DNA of 64,000 nucleotides from Octopus sinensis (lineage: Eukaryota): the NCBI RefSeq assembly GCF_006345805.1, contig NC_043005.1, positions 39,928,001 to 39,992,000 of the forward strand. The letters are read 5' to 3'. Within the stretch, counting starts at the first letter, position 1. The number at the start of each line of letters is the position of its first letter. The notes under the pieces are model-generated. The model was not told the DNA's origin. It searched no databases and saw nothing but the letters and a program-made list of their open reading frames with translations. Below, one piece after another: positions 39,701-53,420 of this stretch. Both the position numbers and the translations under genes were made by a program.

Positions 39701-40319
39701 ACAAGATTTAATGTGAAGAGTGCATTCGGGAGAGAAAGAAAAAAACAGTAAAAGTACTATATGATCAGTTGTAAGCAAAGTGAAATTTTCTTTCAAATTT
39801 TAAAAGTAAGGAGAATTTGAAAGCATCAAATGTACGACAGAAGCCATATAATAATCTACCTAGCCTATTTCCTTGTAATGCAACTTTTTCACTTATTGTG
39901 ACTGGTGTCTGAAATTCATAGTTAAAACTTTAAATGTTAACATTTCCTTATTTCACCAGAGAGTATAGATGATTACTAGGTTGGTGGTTTGTATCCTACC
40001 TAAAAGCATTGTGTTGTGCCTATAACAAAGATACTGAACTTTCGACAGCCAAGACCATTTAACTCTTAGTTGGTGTTGCAAAAAAGTATGATTCCATTAT
40101 AAAAATTTTCAGCCCAATAAAATTGATGAAAACTATGTAAGTTTGTTGTGCAGTGATCATTTTTTCTCACACAAAGAGTAACTCATGATAGTGTGATAAA
40201 CCATATTCTAGAGGCTGCATCAAAGATAGTTTTATAAAGTCAAAATGTGTAATTCATACCTTACTGTGTTAAAAATTTGGTACTGCACTTCAAATTTGGG
40301 TAACTCAGTACCATAAGAT

Positions 40320-40734
40320 GAGTGTCTGATTAACCATTAGGCAAGATAAGCATGTGCTTAGGGCTTCAAGGGAAGTGGGGCATCACAGAAATGATAAATG
40401 GTTATAAAACAAAAGAAACCACTTTAAACTTGCTTAAGTAATATTTAGGATATTTCATCTCTACTAAGTATAGAAATAGAGGTGTTATGTAAGATTGATT
40501 TGGAGAATTTGATTGAAGACTTTCCAATAAAAAAAAAGTAAGTGAAAACTTTTCAAATACAAATAAAGTGGAAGTATAAACATTATTTTCCATCTTGCTG
40601 CTAGTTTGGCTTCATTTTGAAAAATAAAAATTTATTTTATGGTCTATTATTGTTTATATTTTGAATTACATATATACGGAGGCACCAAAATCTTTTGAGA
40701 GCTTAGGGCCTCTATAGGCCTTAATCTGGCCCTG
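40320..40734 (-). mobile_element. hAT-type MITE, second copy in inverted orientation
   Basis: Reverse complement of 28370-28767. TSD cataagat (40312-40319) and cataggat (40735-40742). Confidence 0.8.
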
Positions 40735-41296
40735 CATAGGATACTACAGTGAATTAAATTGGTTATACTTAATATCCCTTAAAACAGTTTCTGTTTCACT
40801 AAAGTAAAAAAGTAATTTTGCCATGTTATTCAAGTATCACAGTATCACATTAATGACCAGACCATCAGGGACTGTTGTACATCACTGGTCACAATGTGCT
40901 TCCAATTTTGTTTTGGTTGCTCTATTCTTTTCCATCTTGATCCAAATTACATGATTACATCATCTTCCCACTGTCATGGAGGCCTTTTCTAATCCTTTGG
41001 ATGTCTCTTGGCAACTGCACAGGTCCACCTGTTGTCTGTCAACCTTGTGACATGCCTGGCCCAGCAGAACTTGTGCTTTTGGTACTCTGCAATCACATTA
41101 TTCATTCCTCTCTATTCTTGAATTATCTCATTTCGAATATGTTCTCTTAATGGTGTTCTTAGTATGGATCTTTCATGGCACTTTGTACTGTAATCAATTG
41201 ATGTTATTCAAGTAAATTTATTAATTCTGTATTTTATTGCCAAATGAAATTTTCATGTTATAAATTATCTTTTCAGCAAAGGAAAAAAGAATAAAA

Positions 41297-41372
41297 ATGC
41301 TTCATACGATACTTATTGGTTGCTTAATTTTAACACAAGTGTTGGGACAATTTTCTGAGCCCATGAATGATG
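41297..41372 (+). CDS. Coding exon 1 of a secreted or membrane protein with a LolA-fold/ependymin-related-like domain (signal peptide exon)
   Basis: Acceptor tcttttcag ends at 41276. ATG at 41297 gives MLHTILIGCLILTQVLGQFSEPMND, a hydrophobic signal-peptide-like stretch ending VLG-Q. Donor G|gtaagt at 41372/41373, phase 1, fits the next exon. Confidence 0.8.
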
Positions 41373-41520
41373 GTAAGTTTTATTGAATGTATTTGTGATA
41401 TCTAATAAGGATGTTATAACTTGCTGAAAACTTACTTTGAAAAATATTTTGGTACAGGAGCTTGTGGCAGTTGGAAAAATGCTAAATAATGTTTAAAAAT
41501 GATTGGGCAGAGACATTAAA

Positions 41521-41916
41521 TCTTTATATATAAAAGTGAAGTTGTGTGTCTGTCTCCTACGATTTAGATTCCTAACTACTCCCACATTTTGCAGTGCAGT
41601 TTAACCAAAAGCGGGTATCTTATAGTCGTGATTCATATCGAGCCCTTCTGGGTATTAGCGTACGTCTACGATGAGTCTACGATTTAAAAAAAAATTTACC
41701 ATAATTTTTTCCCATTTTTAATGCATTTTTTTTGCTATTATATAAGGGATGTAACTTGCGTCTACGATGAGTCTACAATTTAAAAAAAAAATTTACCATA
41801 ATTTTTCCACATTTTTAATGCATTTCGCTCGGTTTATATAAGGGAAGTAACTCTCTATGAATGCTTATATAGTTACTTCCCTTACAAACCCGAGCAACGC
41901 CGGGCGATACTGCTAG
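41521..41916 (+). mobile_element. Non-autonomous Helitron, second copy
   Basis: a|TC...CTAG|t termini and cccgagcaacgccggg hairpin. Lacks the GC-rich middle of the 24179 copy and has an internal tandem duplication of cgtctacgatgagtctac...aatgcattt. Confidence 0.9.
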
Positions 41917-42249
41917 TTATATATAAAATCTAACTTATTTTATGAATAGTTTTCATCTTCCTCTTCATCACATATCTTAAAATGATAAATACAGCTAACA
42001 TTCAAATCACCAAAGATTTTAATGAAAAGGCACTGGCATGGTTGTGTCATAAGAAGCTTGCTTCCCAACTACATGGTACCTTGGACAAGTATCTTCTATT
42101 ATATCCACAAGCCAACCACAGGTCTGTATGTACTGGAAAGTCCCCTCACTTCTTCCTGTGAAGTAAGTATGACACACATCACATGTAATGTGAATTATGA
42201 AATGAAATCATTAAAATAAGGTTGGAAAGAATATAAACAATAAAAGATA

Positions 42250-44370
42250 AAGGTATTGGAAGAACTGAAACAAAGAACAATAATGATCAAGGTAAAATTA
42301 GAAAGATGATATGACTAAAAAACAAAGCAATTTAGGCAGAGCAGACTGTTTGAAGCCAATCAGAGAAAGCTGTTTGAGGAATTAGATGGGTAATCATACC
42401 TTACATTGGTACTTGGTAGAGATGAAAGCAGGACTGTTTGGAATGGAGGGAATCTGGGATCAACCAGTAGAGCATAATGATAATGCTGAGTGGGTGCATG
42501 AAATCCAAAGTAGGTTAAGAAATATACAGAGTAAAAAAATAAATACAGGAAAGATAAAAAGAGGGCTAAGTAAAATACCAAATCAGAAGAGCCCAGGGTT
42601 GGATGGTGTCCAAGGAAACTGGATAAAGAAGCTGAGAGAGTGCCGTGAAAAGAGAGCAGAACAACTGGATACATGCTTGCAGGAAGGCTCAGTACCCAGC
42701 TGGCAGTGACAAGGGAAAGACATTGTTATTGACAAGGAACTTGAAAAGGGTAACATTGTATCCAACTTTCAACAAAAAACATTAATCTGGAAACTACTGA
42801 TTTGTGTTTCGGCTGATGAAATGTATGGATACTTTGAAAAGAGTGGGCTGCTTCTAATATTTTCTGGTATTTATATCCAGATTCAGGTTCAATTACCTCC
42901 ATCATTTCACTACTTTGCATACTTATAGCTTCTGTTTGGAAACATTTTCCTGTTTTCATCACCATCACAGAATATTTTGAAAGTTTAAACTCCATCTTGA
43001 AAAATATCCGCACAGAATGGACAACAGAGTGGGCTACTACCAACTGAACAGAAAGGGTGTTGAAAAAAGAGCTGGGAAATGAAAGATAGCACTTAATTGA
43101 CAAGCTAATCATCAGAATCTGCTCTTGATACAGATAGAGAACTACTATAGAATAACAACAGCTGGACTACATGTAATAAAGCTACACAGAAAAAAAGGAA
43201 AACACTTTTCTCTACACACAACAAGGCAACAAAACACAAGACACAAACAAACTACACTGAAACACTGATCTCAGATGACAACACAGCAAAAATGGCCAAA
43301 GAGAAAAAAAAACATTAAAACAGAACTACAAAGTATACTAAAGAACAAATAGAGAGAAAAATCACTCCATGTCTTAAGTAAAAGCTAACAAGTGAGCTAA
43401 CATTGGTTCAAAAGCTCTGAGCTAAAAACCAAAACTGAAGAATTGATTCTTGCTGCACAAGACTGATGCCAGACCACAAACAACTACAAAGGAAAAATAA
43501 TGCAAACAGGCTCTAAAACCAAGTGCAGAATGTGCAACCAACACAATGAGACAGATGGGTGTCTCTGGATGTCCAGTCCTTACCAAATCTGAAAATATTT
43601 ACAGACATGACCAAAGAAGTACTAAGCAATATGTGAGCAAATATGAAAGCAGCAAACATAACTTGTGCAAACACGAAAACAGCAAAAAGTCGCATTCTAT
43701 TGTCAAGGAGGCTTATAAATTTGCATGGGAATTTGACATTAACCCTGAATTAGATGGAGAACCTGAAACCTCTGCCACCAAGCAAGCAAAATGAATCAAG
43801 CAAACTGCAAAAAAGAATGTGCAGAAACAAACAGGATCAGTGAAGCCAGAAGCCCCTGCATGGACAGTATATTCTTCAATGTTAAAATACTGATGTAGAC
43901 CACGCAACAACCCATCAGTGGCTGAGAAGTTCAGGACTGAAGGCAGAGACTGAAAATTTCATATTTGCAGCACAAGATCAAAGCTTGCTTACCAGAAACT
44001 ACCAAGCTAACATTCTTCAAAATGGTACTAACCTTAAATGCAGATTTTTTACACATTTGATGAAGCAATAGGCCATCCCATTTCTGGATGTCCTGTGCTG
44101 ACACCAAACGAATACAAAAATTTCCACAATAGGGTAGGTCAGTATTTACATTGGAAACAGTGCAAATTCTGCACTCCCACATTCTGGTATGAACATCATC
44201 CTGAGCTAGTCGTTGAGGGTAAAAATGTCACTATCCTCTGGAGTTTTTCAGTCGATACTGACAGAGCCATCCTGGCTAATTGACCAGACATAATTATTAA
44301 AAATATATCTAGGAATTTAACAAATTAAGTAAATATAAGGACCTGGAAATTGAAATACAAAAGTGAGAAA
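42250..44370 (+). mobile_element. Decayed Dong/R4-clade LINE
   Basis: KSPGLDGVQGNWIKKL, CRMCNQHNETDGCLWMSSPY-like and GCPVLTPNEYKNFHNRVGQYLHWK segments, then the REL end KYKDLEIEIQK. Many lesions. Confidence 0.8.
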
Positions 44371-44399
44371 CTTCCTGGAGTTGCTAATGGAGAACCCAC

Positions 44400-44770
44400 A
44401 AAACTAAGTTTACCCTGACCACTATGGCAAGTTCCCTCTCTACATCCTCCTTCAACCTACAGGTGCATGCTTAATGTAGGCCCATTCACTCAGACCCTTC
44501 TTGCAACATTCACCCATCTTTTAACAAAATTACTGGGAGGCAGCACTTCCCTATCAGCCCTCATTTTCCTTTTTAAGTGAAACTTAAAAAATCAATGAGA
44601 GTTTGACCAAAGAGTTAAGTGTCTATCTTCAGCCCTTTCAATCTGGTCCACCACACAACCTATTTTGCTAAGGCTACCAGAAAAAGAAACACTGCACACA
44701 TCTCGGGCAAGCCCAGCTGATAGCACTTTCAAACCAGCACTGCCAGGCCAAAGATTTTTGGGAATTTGTA
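44400..44770 (-). mobile_element. Decayed Tx1-like LINE 3' fragment
   Basis: Minus-strand gtggaccagattgaaagggctgaagatagacac (WTRLKGLKID) matches the 11.9 kb copy. Confidence 0.55.
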
Positions 44771-45043
44771 ACAGAAGTGAATTGTGTAACATTTAATTAT
44801 GTACATTGTCTCAGTATAGTAGTTTCTCATATACTTTCAAACAACTTGTAAATTATTATCTAAAATGTTTTTTTATCATAAAAATGTTCTCTTGTTTTTC
44901 TGACATATTCAGTAGTGCTCTATCAAGTACAGCACAGACCTTATATTTTATTTTCCTTTTCTAGTCACATCGATTTTTTTAATGCATTAAAAGCTAAACC
45001 CTTTGTTTTATACTGAGGTGTTCCATTTAATATTTGTTTTCAG

Positions 45044-45247
45044 ATCCACAAAAATTTAACAGCGATCTTTTTAAAAATGCTTTCCAGTCAACAGTTGAAA
45101 TAAATGATGAAAATAAAAAATTTTCAATGTTAGAACATGAATATTATGACCCTGATAATAAACGGGATGCAATAATACAATTAGTGGATAAAAACACTTC
45201 AAGGATTCTCCAATACAAAGATTTCAAACAAGTCCTATTTATATTTG
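45044..45247 (+). CDS. Coding exon 2 of the same gene
   Basis: Acceptor ttgttttcag, donor G|gtaagt, 204 nt, phase 1 to 1. Encodes (D)PQKFNSDLFKNAFQSTVEINDENKKFSMLEHEYYDPDNKRDAIIQLVDKNTSRILQYKDFKQVLFIF. EYYDxxNKR resembles the YDxxNxR motif of ependymin-related proteins. Confidence 0.85.
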
Positions 45248-45623
45248 GTAAGTACATCTCTACTTTGATTTACATTATAAATGTCATGCACACTAATATT
45301 TTAATCTAATGCTATTTCGAGTGCATATATTAATTTAATTCTGGTTTGGCGTGTTTAGCACAAATCAGTAAATGTTTTATTTGCTGACTTCTTTATCAGA
45401 ACAAACATGTCTGGCTTAGCTTAGAATGTCTCGTGCATTCATTTACTCCAATACAGTTCAAATCAGGTTGAAACACTGCATGTGGCAATCTACTGGCATT
45501 CTAAGCAAAGGTTTTTGTTTTTTAAGCTACAAATCTCTTTGAGAGGAAATATTACAACTTAGACTGTACTACAACTGTATATACATTATGATTGTTATAC
45601 ATACAGGTATTTTATATGTGATT

Positions 45624-45855
45624 AAAGGCGGCGAGCTGGCAGAAACGTTAGCACGCCGGGTGAAATGCTTAGCGGTATTTCGTCTGCGTTACGTTGTGAG
45701 TTCAAATTCCGCCAAGGTTGACTTTGCCTTTCATCCTTTCGGGGTCGATAAATTAAGTACCAGTTACGCACTGGGGTCGATGTAATCGACTTAATACCTA
45801 TGTCTGTACTTGTTTGTCCCCTCTGTGTTTAGCCCCTTGTGGGTAATAAAGAAAT
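45624..45855 (+). mobile_element. Young SINE family A with a perfect 19-bp TSD
   Basis: TSD aggtattttatatgtgatt at 45605-45623 and 45856-45874. CpGs are intact. Confidence 0.95.
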
Positions 45856-46189
45856 AGGTATTTTATATGTGATTTAAAATACTGTATATGCATTCATTTT
45901 CATTTTTGGAGAAGACATACATATGGTGTTAGACCCAAACATGGAACTGGTTTCATGTCATGTAATGAATTGTTCAATATACTGACAGTGCTGATTTCTG
46001 TTTCCCAATATTTGGCATTATAAAGTTTATATTCAAAAGGGGACTTTTATCAATATTTTCTCTGTATATTTTGTAACTGTTCATTCCTATGGGTATAAAG
46101 GACAACTTCTTTCAATATCTTAAGGAAATCTTTTGCAAGATATGATTCAGCTATGGCATTCTTTACTTTTCTCAAATTCTTTTAATGGT

Positions 46190-47200
46190 TTCATTTGTTG
46201 GACTGCAGCCATCCCAGAGCATTGCCTTATCTTATTTTCTATTGGTTTTGTTGTCACTTTATAATGTTGGTCTTGAGTTTGTAACAGCCAACCTTCCCTG
46301 AGTGTGTCCTTGAATGGTTGGGTGGTCTGGTATCATTGTTAAGAGTTTATCCAATGTATTTTTTAATATTTCAGAAGCAGTCCCTTTTATATTTCTGATT
46401 TCTTTAGGTGAGCAGTTAAACAGTTGAGGACCTCTAAATATCAGATTGGTAAATAGTGCTTTTGCTCATGATTCCAAAGGTAGTATATTTGGAAGCAGAC
46501 AGTGTCTGCCAATTTGTGCATTAAAGTTCTCTGTAATGCTAAAGTTTTGGAACATGCCCCTCCAGGATTTTCCATATGTATATGATTGTATATCTCTTTC
46601 AATGGCATTCAAGAGAGTAGTGATGTAAAGCTTTCAGGTATTCCCAGTAATTAAGGCTTTTAACTGAAGGTAATTTACTGATGAGCATTCTTTGTAACCC
46701 TTCAATTTCTTCGATGAGACCAGATGATTTAGGAAACCAAAGCTGTGAGCAGTGATCTACTCTGCCCAGAACTTAGGTTTTCCATAGAGTTAACATAAAA
46801 CTACCAGTTTTCTTGTCATGAAGGTCTGTCTGTAGGATCTGTCCGAAGAGATGTCTGCATTTAGAAGTCAGTTTGGTGATGTGGGTGATGAAAGATGCAT
46901 CATTTGACATGCTTACTCTGAAGTACTGTGTGTCATTAGCACTCTGAATCATCATGTTATCTGGTATCAAATATTGTGATTTGTATGTATTCCCTCTGTA
47001 ATGAATAACCTGAAATTTTGATGTATTAAATTTCATATTGTTTTTATTGGCTTAGAAAGATATGTTGGCCTTCATGGTGTTAAAAGATTGTTTGAATTTT
47101 GTAAAAACAACAGCTTCGTGCTTTGGCTAGTAAATTGGATCTTTGCAGTTATTCAAGTCAAAAATATCAACTAAAACATTTCATAGAGAAGAGGACAATT
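46190..47200 (-). mobile_element. Decayed CR1-group LINE 3' part
   Basis: HYSLECH*KRYTIIYIWKI, PQLFN and MKFNTSKFQVIHY on the minus strand, with a decayed copy of the shared tail at about 46190-46230. Confidence 0.75.
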
Positions 47201-47703
47201 GCTGAATTGAGCATGCTGCAGTATGATCTTTGCATACAGACCATGCTATTAAAAAATGCAAACTGACAAATGAAAGAAAAGTATCTTTTCTATGAGGCCC
47301 TTTGGCAGACTATCTCAATAATGAATGGTAGTGACCTCAATATCATGGCTGGACATGTTGAGTGACAGCATAAAGGTTAGTTCCATGGATATGGAAGCTA
47401 TACATATTGTATGAGGAATTAGAAAGGATCCAGACTTTTAAAGTTTTGAGATGCAAATGATCTAACCAATTACATCATGATCACCTACCAATCAGATAAA
47501 CATACTAGTCAAACAAACGTTTTTATTCACCTGGATATAGAATAGGTGGCTGCTTGTGAATATTAAGTCCTTCCTCATATTCTCTGCATCCCGGTTATTA
47601 TCCTTGATGATTAACGGAGGATAGTGATCAAAGTCATCAGAACTTGAGTTACAAAACAATTTGGAAAGGAAAATATGAAAGTTGAGGGAGTTTTTTGGCA
47701 AGA

Positions 47704-47747
<44 letters not shown>

Positions 47748-48923
47748 ATATGTATATGTATATATATATGAATGTGTGTGTGTAAAATGAATGTTAAACA
47801 GTGATGATGATGATGATATACATATACATAGAGAGAGAGAGAGAGAGAGGCATACTTCATATATGGAAACCTTAGATGTTGCTGCTCCTACAACAACCTC
47901 TCCCTGCCACGGTCAACAGCAACCACCTGCAACCACGCTCATCAACTGAAAGGCCCAAAAACCACCACCAACAATACTGAAATCCTTACTGGATCCAGGC
48001 ATCTTTTACCTAATATCTTTTACTTGTTTTAGTAATTGGACTGTGGCCATGCTGGGGCACTGACTTGAAGAATATTTTTTGTCAAATGAATCAACCACAG
48101 TACTTATTTGACTATTTTTTAAAGCCTGGTACTTATTCTATTGATCTCTTTTGCTGAACCACTAAGTTATAAGGATACAGACACACCAACACTGGTTTTC
48201 ATACAGTGGTGTGGGACAAACATAGACACAAAGACACACACACACAAATATATACATATACATATAAATTTTGTCTTAGCCTGTTTGCCTTCAGACAGTT
48301 GATTTCTGTTATCATTTACAAATTGTAACACCACATAATAATAGAGTCAATGATATCTCCACAAATTATTTTTTTCTCATAAATTATTTTTCTTGTCAAT
48401 TATTTGCTCTGTATTAAGATATATACATATATATATATATGCACAACAAGCTTCTTTCAGTTTGCATCTACCAAATCTACTTACAAGGCTTTGGTCAGCC
48501 TGAGGTTACAGTAGAAAACACTTGCCCTGGATGCCAAGCAGTGGGACTGAACCTAGAGCCACACAGCCATGCCTATAACATGTAGACATAATTTATCATC
48601 CACTGAAATTATTATTACTAGAAGAAAAGGCAGTGAACTGGCAGAATCAAGAAAGGCAATGAGCTAGCAGAATCATTTCCACTGTCTTCACATTCTGAGT
48701 TCAAATGCTGCCAGGGTCAACTTTGCCTTTCATCCTATCGGGGTCATTAAATTAAGTACCAGCCAAGAACTGGGGTCGATATAATTGACTGGTCCCCTCC
48801 CCCAAAATTTCAGACCTTGTGTCTATAGTAGAAGAAGGCTGCCGCTATAATCCTAAGGATGTCAAGTGGCTAAATATATTCACCTCTCATACTTCCTGAC
48901 ATTTTATGGCTAATGTGTGTGTG

Positions 48924-48963
<40 letters not shown>

Positions 48964-49120
48964 CGTGTTCATGTCTGGATGTCTGCTTATGTACATTTGC
49001 ATTAATCTACATGCATTTGTGTAAAATATTAGCTTCAGTGTGTGTTTGGGTTTGTTTATATATACAAGTATATACATATGCACCATTGTGCATATGCGTA
49101 TATACTCATGTATGTGGACT

Positions 49121-49177
<57 letters not shown>

Positions 49178-51944
49178 GTGTGTGTGTGTGTCTATATGTA
49201 TATGTATATGTATGTATGTATGAATATATGTATAGAATGACTGTATTTATATATATAGTTATACATACTTGTGCATGTATATCTGTGTGTACATATGTGT
49301 GTGTGTATGTATCTGTGCGTGTGTGTGTGCCTGTATATTTATATATGTGCATGTGAATCTCTCTATATATTTATGTGTATGCATATGTGGGTATGCATGT
49401 GGGTTTCTGTCTATGTATGTGTATACATGAGTATATATGCTTGGTGTGTGTCAATCATGATGCATGTCAGCATGGTGATTGATAACCCTTCATACAATGC
49501 CCTCTCAGCCTGCTTATCTAGATACAATATCTATGCATACAACTTGTCTGTCTTTCTTCCAGTAAGATCAAACAACTTGACCTATGTCTTCATGTTCCGT
49601 TTGGGGACTAACTCTACATTGTTATCTATACCATTACACACCTGTTATGGAAGACCTAAATCCCATTCTTTCTTCCCTTGTTCTCCCTTCTTACTGGCCT
49701 CGGTCTCCTATCTTTGGGGGTATTTATATAAGATGGTTCCATGTGCAATCTCTATATTTCAACTCAGTCTGACAACTTGTACAGTATGAATATATATATA
49801 TTGCACTTATATGTTGCAGGTATGAATTACATTTATAATGTGACATCATTAATTAATTACCAAATAGTTAATCAGCTACAAAATACAGAAGTATATGTAA
49901 CAGATGAAATACAAGAATACCAAGTTCATACTTGGGTGCATGGGGAGGGGTCCATTATATCTTTTATCCCTAATTTTTACTAGTTTCGTTAGACTGCATT
50001 CAGTAGACTGTGGCCATACTGGGGCACCACATTGAAGGAATTTAGTGAAATGAATTGACCCAAATCTTTTCATTTCTTTAAGCCTAGAACTTATTCTATC
50101 AATCTCTTTTGCCAAATTAGGAGATGTAAATACACCAACACTGGTTGTAAAATGGTGGTGGGGGTCAAACACAGATAGAAAGACACACACACTCACACAC
50201 ACACACACATACACACACACGCACACATACATGCATACTCATACTCACACAAATGTAAATATATAAATATATATATCCAATGAAAAGAAGAAGACAAAGA
50301 AAATGCTTTAACATATCTTTAATTAAAAGTTACAAATGTTTTCATACCATCTCCATTTACAATGCCAGCTTACACGAAAATTTTAAAAGAAAAAAATTAC
50401 ATAATATTTGCAGCTTTAGGCATTGGAGAGGCACTTCCTCAGACTTGCATCAAAGTCGTGCTATTACATTGTATCAGGACTTGTTGTTAGGAAAGTACAA
50501 GGAGGAAATAAAAAAGAAAAAATTAAAAGTGCATTTGTGAGATGAGTCCATGGTGGGATGACAAACACAGACACAAAGACACACACATGTAAACATATGT
50601 ACTTATATATAAGAAATAACTGAGAATCAGTTGAATTAGGTACTTAAGTTGAAGCACCAAATCAGTCCGGTATTATCTGCACAGCTCGAAGTAAGATGAA
50701 TAAAATCAAAATAAGCAACAGGATATCAAGAAATGATGCAGTCAACCATTTCAAGAGGCTCCATTTAATTGAACACTGCAATCATCACATCAACTTAAAT
50801 GCAGTACCATCTTCAGCTGCACAAATAAACCAGTTGGACACATTAATATAATTTGTCTCAAATACTTTAACAGAGCAAGAAGATGGAAGAAATTCATGTT
50901 GTCGCTATTGTAGCTAAGAATAGATTACACTTCCAAGAATCACAGGAAGCCCAATGGGGTCATAGCTTGTAAAGGATTTTAATTCATTTCTAATTCATTT
51001 ATCTCTTTATCAACTATTAAATCTAAGACTAGAAGTCTGTGTCTGTTTTGAATAAAGGGAAAAAGTGAGTTGACTGCTCATGGCTAAGCCTATTCATAAA
51101 TATTGCCATATGTATCCCTTTTCCTCTGGGAGGAAAGAAGACAATAGGAGTAGTCAATTGGATATAAAGTTATTGTCTATAAAAAGAGGCTGGGTAGGAG
51201 AAGATTTTAAATCATGATGTTAATTACCAGTTAAAGGGGGCAAGATGCTAAGAAACCTAGGATGTTGATACAGAGGAAAATTTATCTTGGGGTACTATGG
51301 GTGATTGTTTATAAACAATATTATGTTGTATAAAAATAAAATTTCAGATTTTCAAAAATGATATCATAACCAAACTAGATAAAATGTATGTATATATCAA
51401 TTATAAACATTAAAAAGGAAAGATTACATAGAATCAGTTTAATATTCATTCATGTACTTAATTACTTATTAGGTGGTTACCATAAAGACTGCTCAGGGTA
51501 TTTACTTATTGAATAACTGGAAAGATAAACATGCTATCTATTAATTTTAAGCCATAAATCAGAAGAAAAACTAAATAAAGTCACATGCAATGTGACTGAA
51601 CCTCGAACCATATGGTTGGGAAGCAAACTCCATATCACACAGCCACATCTACACCTATGTATATATATGAATGTATATGTAAATACATGTATATATACAC
51701 ATGTGAGTATCTGTGTATATATGTGTCTGTGTGTGTGTTCATATCTGCATGTGTGCTGATACCAGCATAGTCTTCTCTCTTGCACACTAAATCTGATGCC
51801 CCTTAAACCCAATTTTTCTCTTGTATCATTTACATATTTTCATAAACGCACAGTGACATTACTCATCCAGAGGAGAAGGCTGGCTTCATTTCTTTCAAGC
51901 CTTTGCATGTTCTTTGAAGTCAAAGCCCATATTTCACTACCATA

Positions 51945-52565
51945 TAGGCGTAGGAGTGGCTGTGTGGTTAGTCGCTTGTTTTACCAACCACATGGTTCTG
52001 GGTTCAGTCCCACTGCATGACACCTTCAGCAAGTGTCTTCTACTATTGCCTCAGATCGACCAAAGCCTTGTAAGTGGATTTGGTAGATGGAAACTGAAAG
52101 AAGCCATTCGTATATATGTATATGTGGCCGTTTGCCAGCTCTGTCTGGCACCTGTGTGGGTGGCACGTAAAAAGCACCCACTACACTCACGGAGTGGTTG
52201 GCGTTAGGAAGGGCATCCAGCCGTAGAAACACTGCCAGATCTGACTGGGCCTGATGAAGCCTTCCAGCTTCACAGACCCCAGTTGAACCGTCCAACCCAT
52301 GCTAGCATGGAAAACGGACGCTAAATGATGATGATGATGATGATGATGTGTGTGTGTATATGTTTATGTGTCTGTGTTTCTCCTCACAACATCACTTGAC
52401 AACTGATGCTGGTGTGTTTACGTCGCCATAACTTAGCAGTTCGGCAAAAGAGATCAATAGAATAAGTACTAGGCTTACAAAGAATAAGTCCTGGGGTCAA
52501 TTTGCTCAACTAAAGGCAGTGCTCCAGCATGTCCACAGTCAAATGACTGAAACAAGTAAAAGAGT
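51945..52565 (+). mobile_element. SINE family B with an RTE-type tail inserted in its internal microsatellite
   Basis: Head and CORE at 51945-52110. Insert gcacgtaaaaagcacccactacactc...ggacgctaaa(tga)n at about 52128-52348. SINE 3' half runs to tgaaacaagtaaaagagta. Confidence 0.8.
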
Positions 52566-52572
52566 ACATAGC

Positions 52573-53420
52573 ATAAATGTTCATACACAGGCCACATACG
52601 ATCTGCCTTTCACTCTAGGGAGAGACTCTTTGTTATCAACAAAAGTAGTAGCTCTCTGAACTTTGCCCAGCTTGTTCTTTTTCTGGCAACTACATTTTCA
52701 GGGCTTCCTCCTCCACTGCTAACTTGGTCATCTAGGTAATGGAAACTATCTACTATTACTAAGGATCCCTCCAGGCATTTGACAGAGTCTATTTTCTGTA
52801 CATTCTTAGTGTTTATTGTACCTGCACAGCAGCTACACACAAAGAATACTCTCTATGTAAACCTTCTTGTGATACTGCTGCACTTCTTATGTGTCCATAG
52901 CTTGCATTGGGTACACCATGTAGAGTTTCTACCAATACCTTTTCTACATATTGAACAGGACCATCTCCCTGAAAGGATTAGTGTTTGTGTATTTTCCTAC
53001 TTACAAGGACTTTGCTAAATTTACTTGGATTCCAGACTTGCTTCCAAACCTGAAATTTCTTCTCAAGTTCAGGTAGCAATTCAGCTATATGAACAAAGTC
53101 ATCTGTATAGAGGAGCTCCCAAGGGTAAACCAGTCTTAAATTCCTCTGTTATGGACTGGAGGACTATGATAAACAAGAGGGGGCTAAGAACCAGTCCTTG
53201 GCAAGCTACTAACTGCATACTAAATTTCTCGCTGTACTCAATGCCAACTTTCACCTTACTGACAGCATCCTTGTACATGGCTTGTACAGCTTTTACCAAC
53301 CACTCATGTATCCCTAGCTTCCACACTGTCTATCAGATAACGGAGCTGGAGACCCTGTGAAAGGCATTCTCCATGTCAACAAAAGCCAAGTACTTGTTCT
53401 CAAATATGCTTTATTAAACT
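52573..53420 (-). mobile_element. Decayed RTE LINE RT fragment
   Basis: MWKLGIHEWLVKAVQAMYKDAVSKVKVG...QGLVLSPLLFIIVLQSITEEFKTG, SLVIVDSFHYLDDQ. Confidence 0.85.

Noticed and set aside
48906-49789. Cluster of Cys/Val/Tyr/Ile-rich ORFs
   Set aside because: They derive from a cryptic (TG)/(TA) dinucleotide mosaic.
49820-49983. Candidate exon after ttgcag (GMNYIYNVTSL...)
   Set aside because: It has no convincing donor and no family motifs, and exon 2 already joins 58595 in phase.
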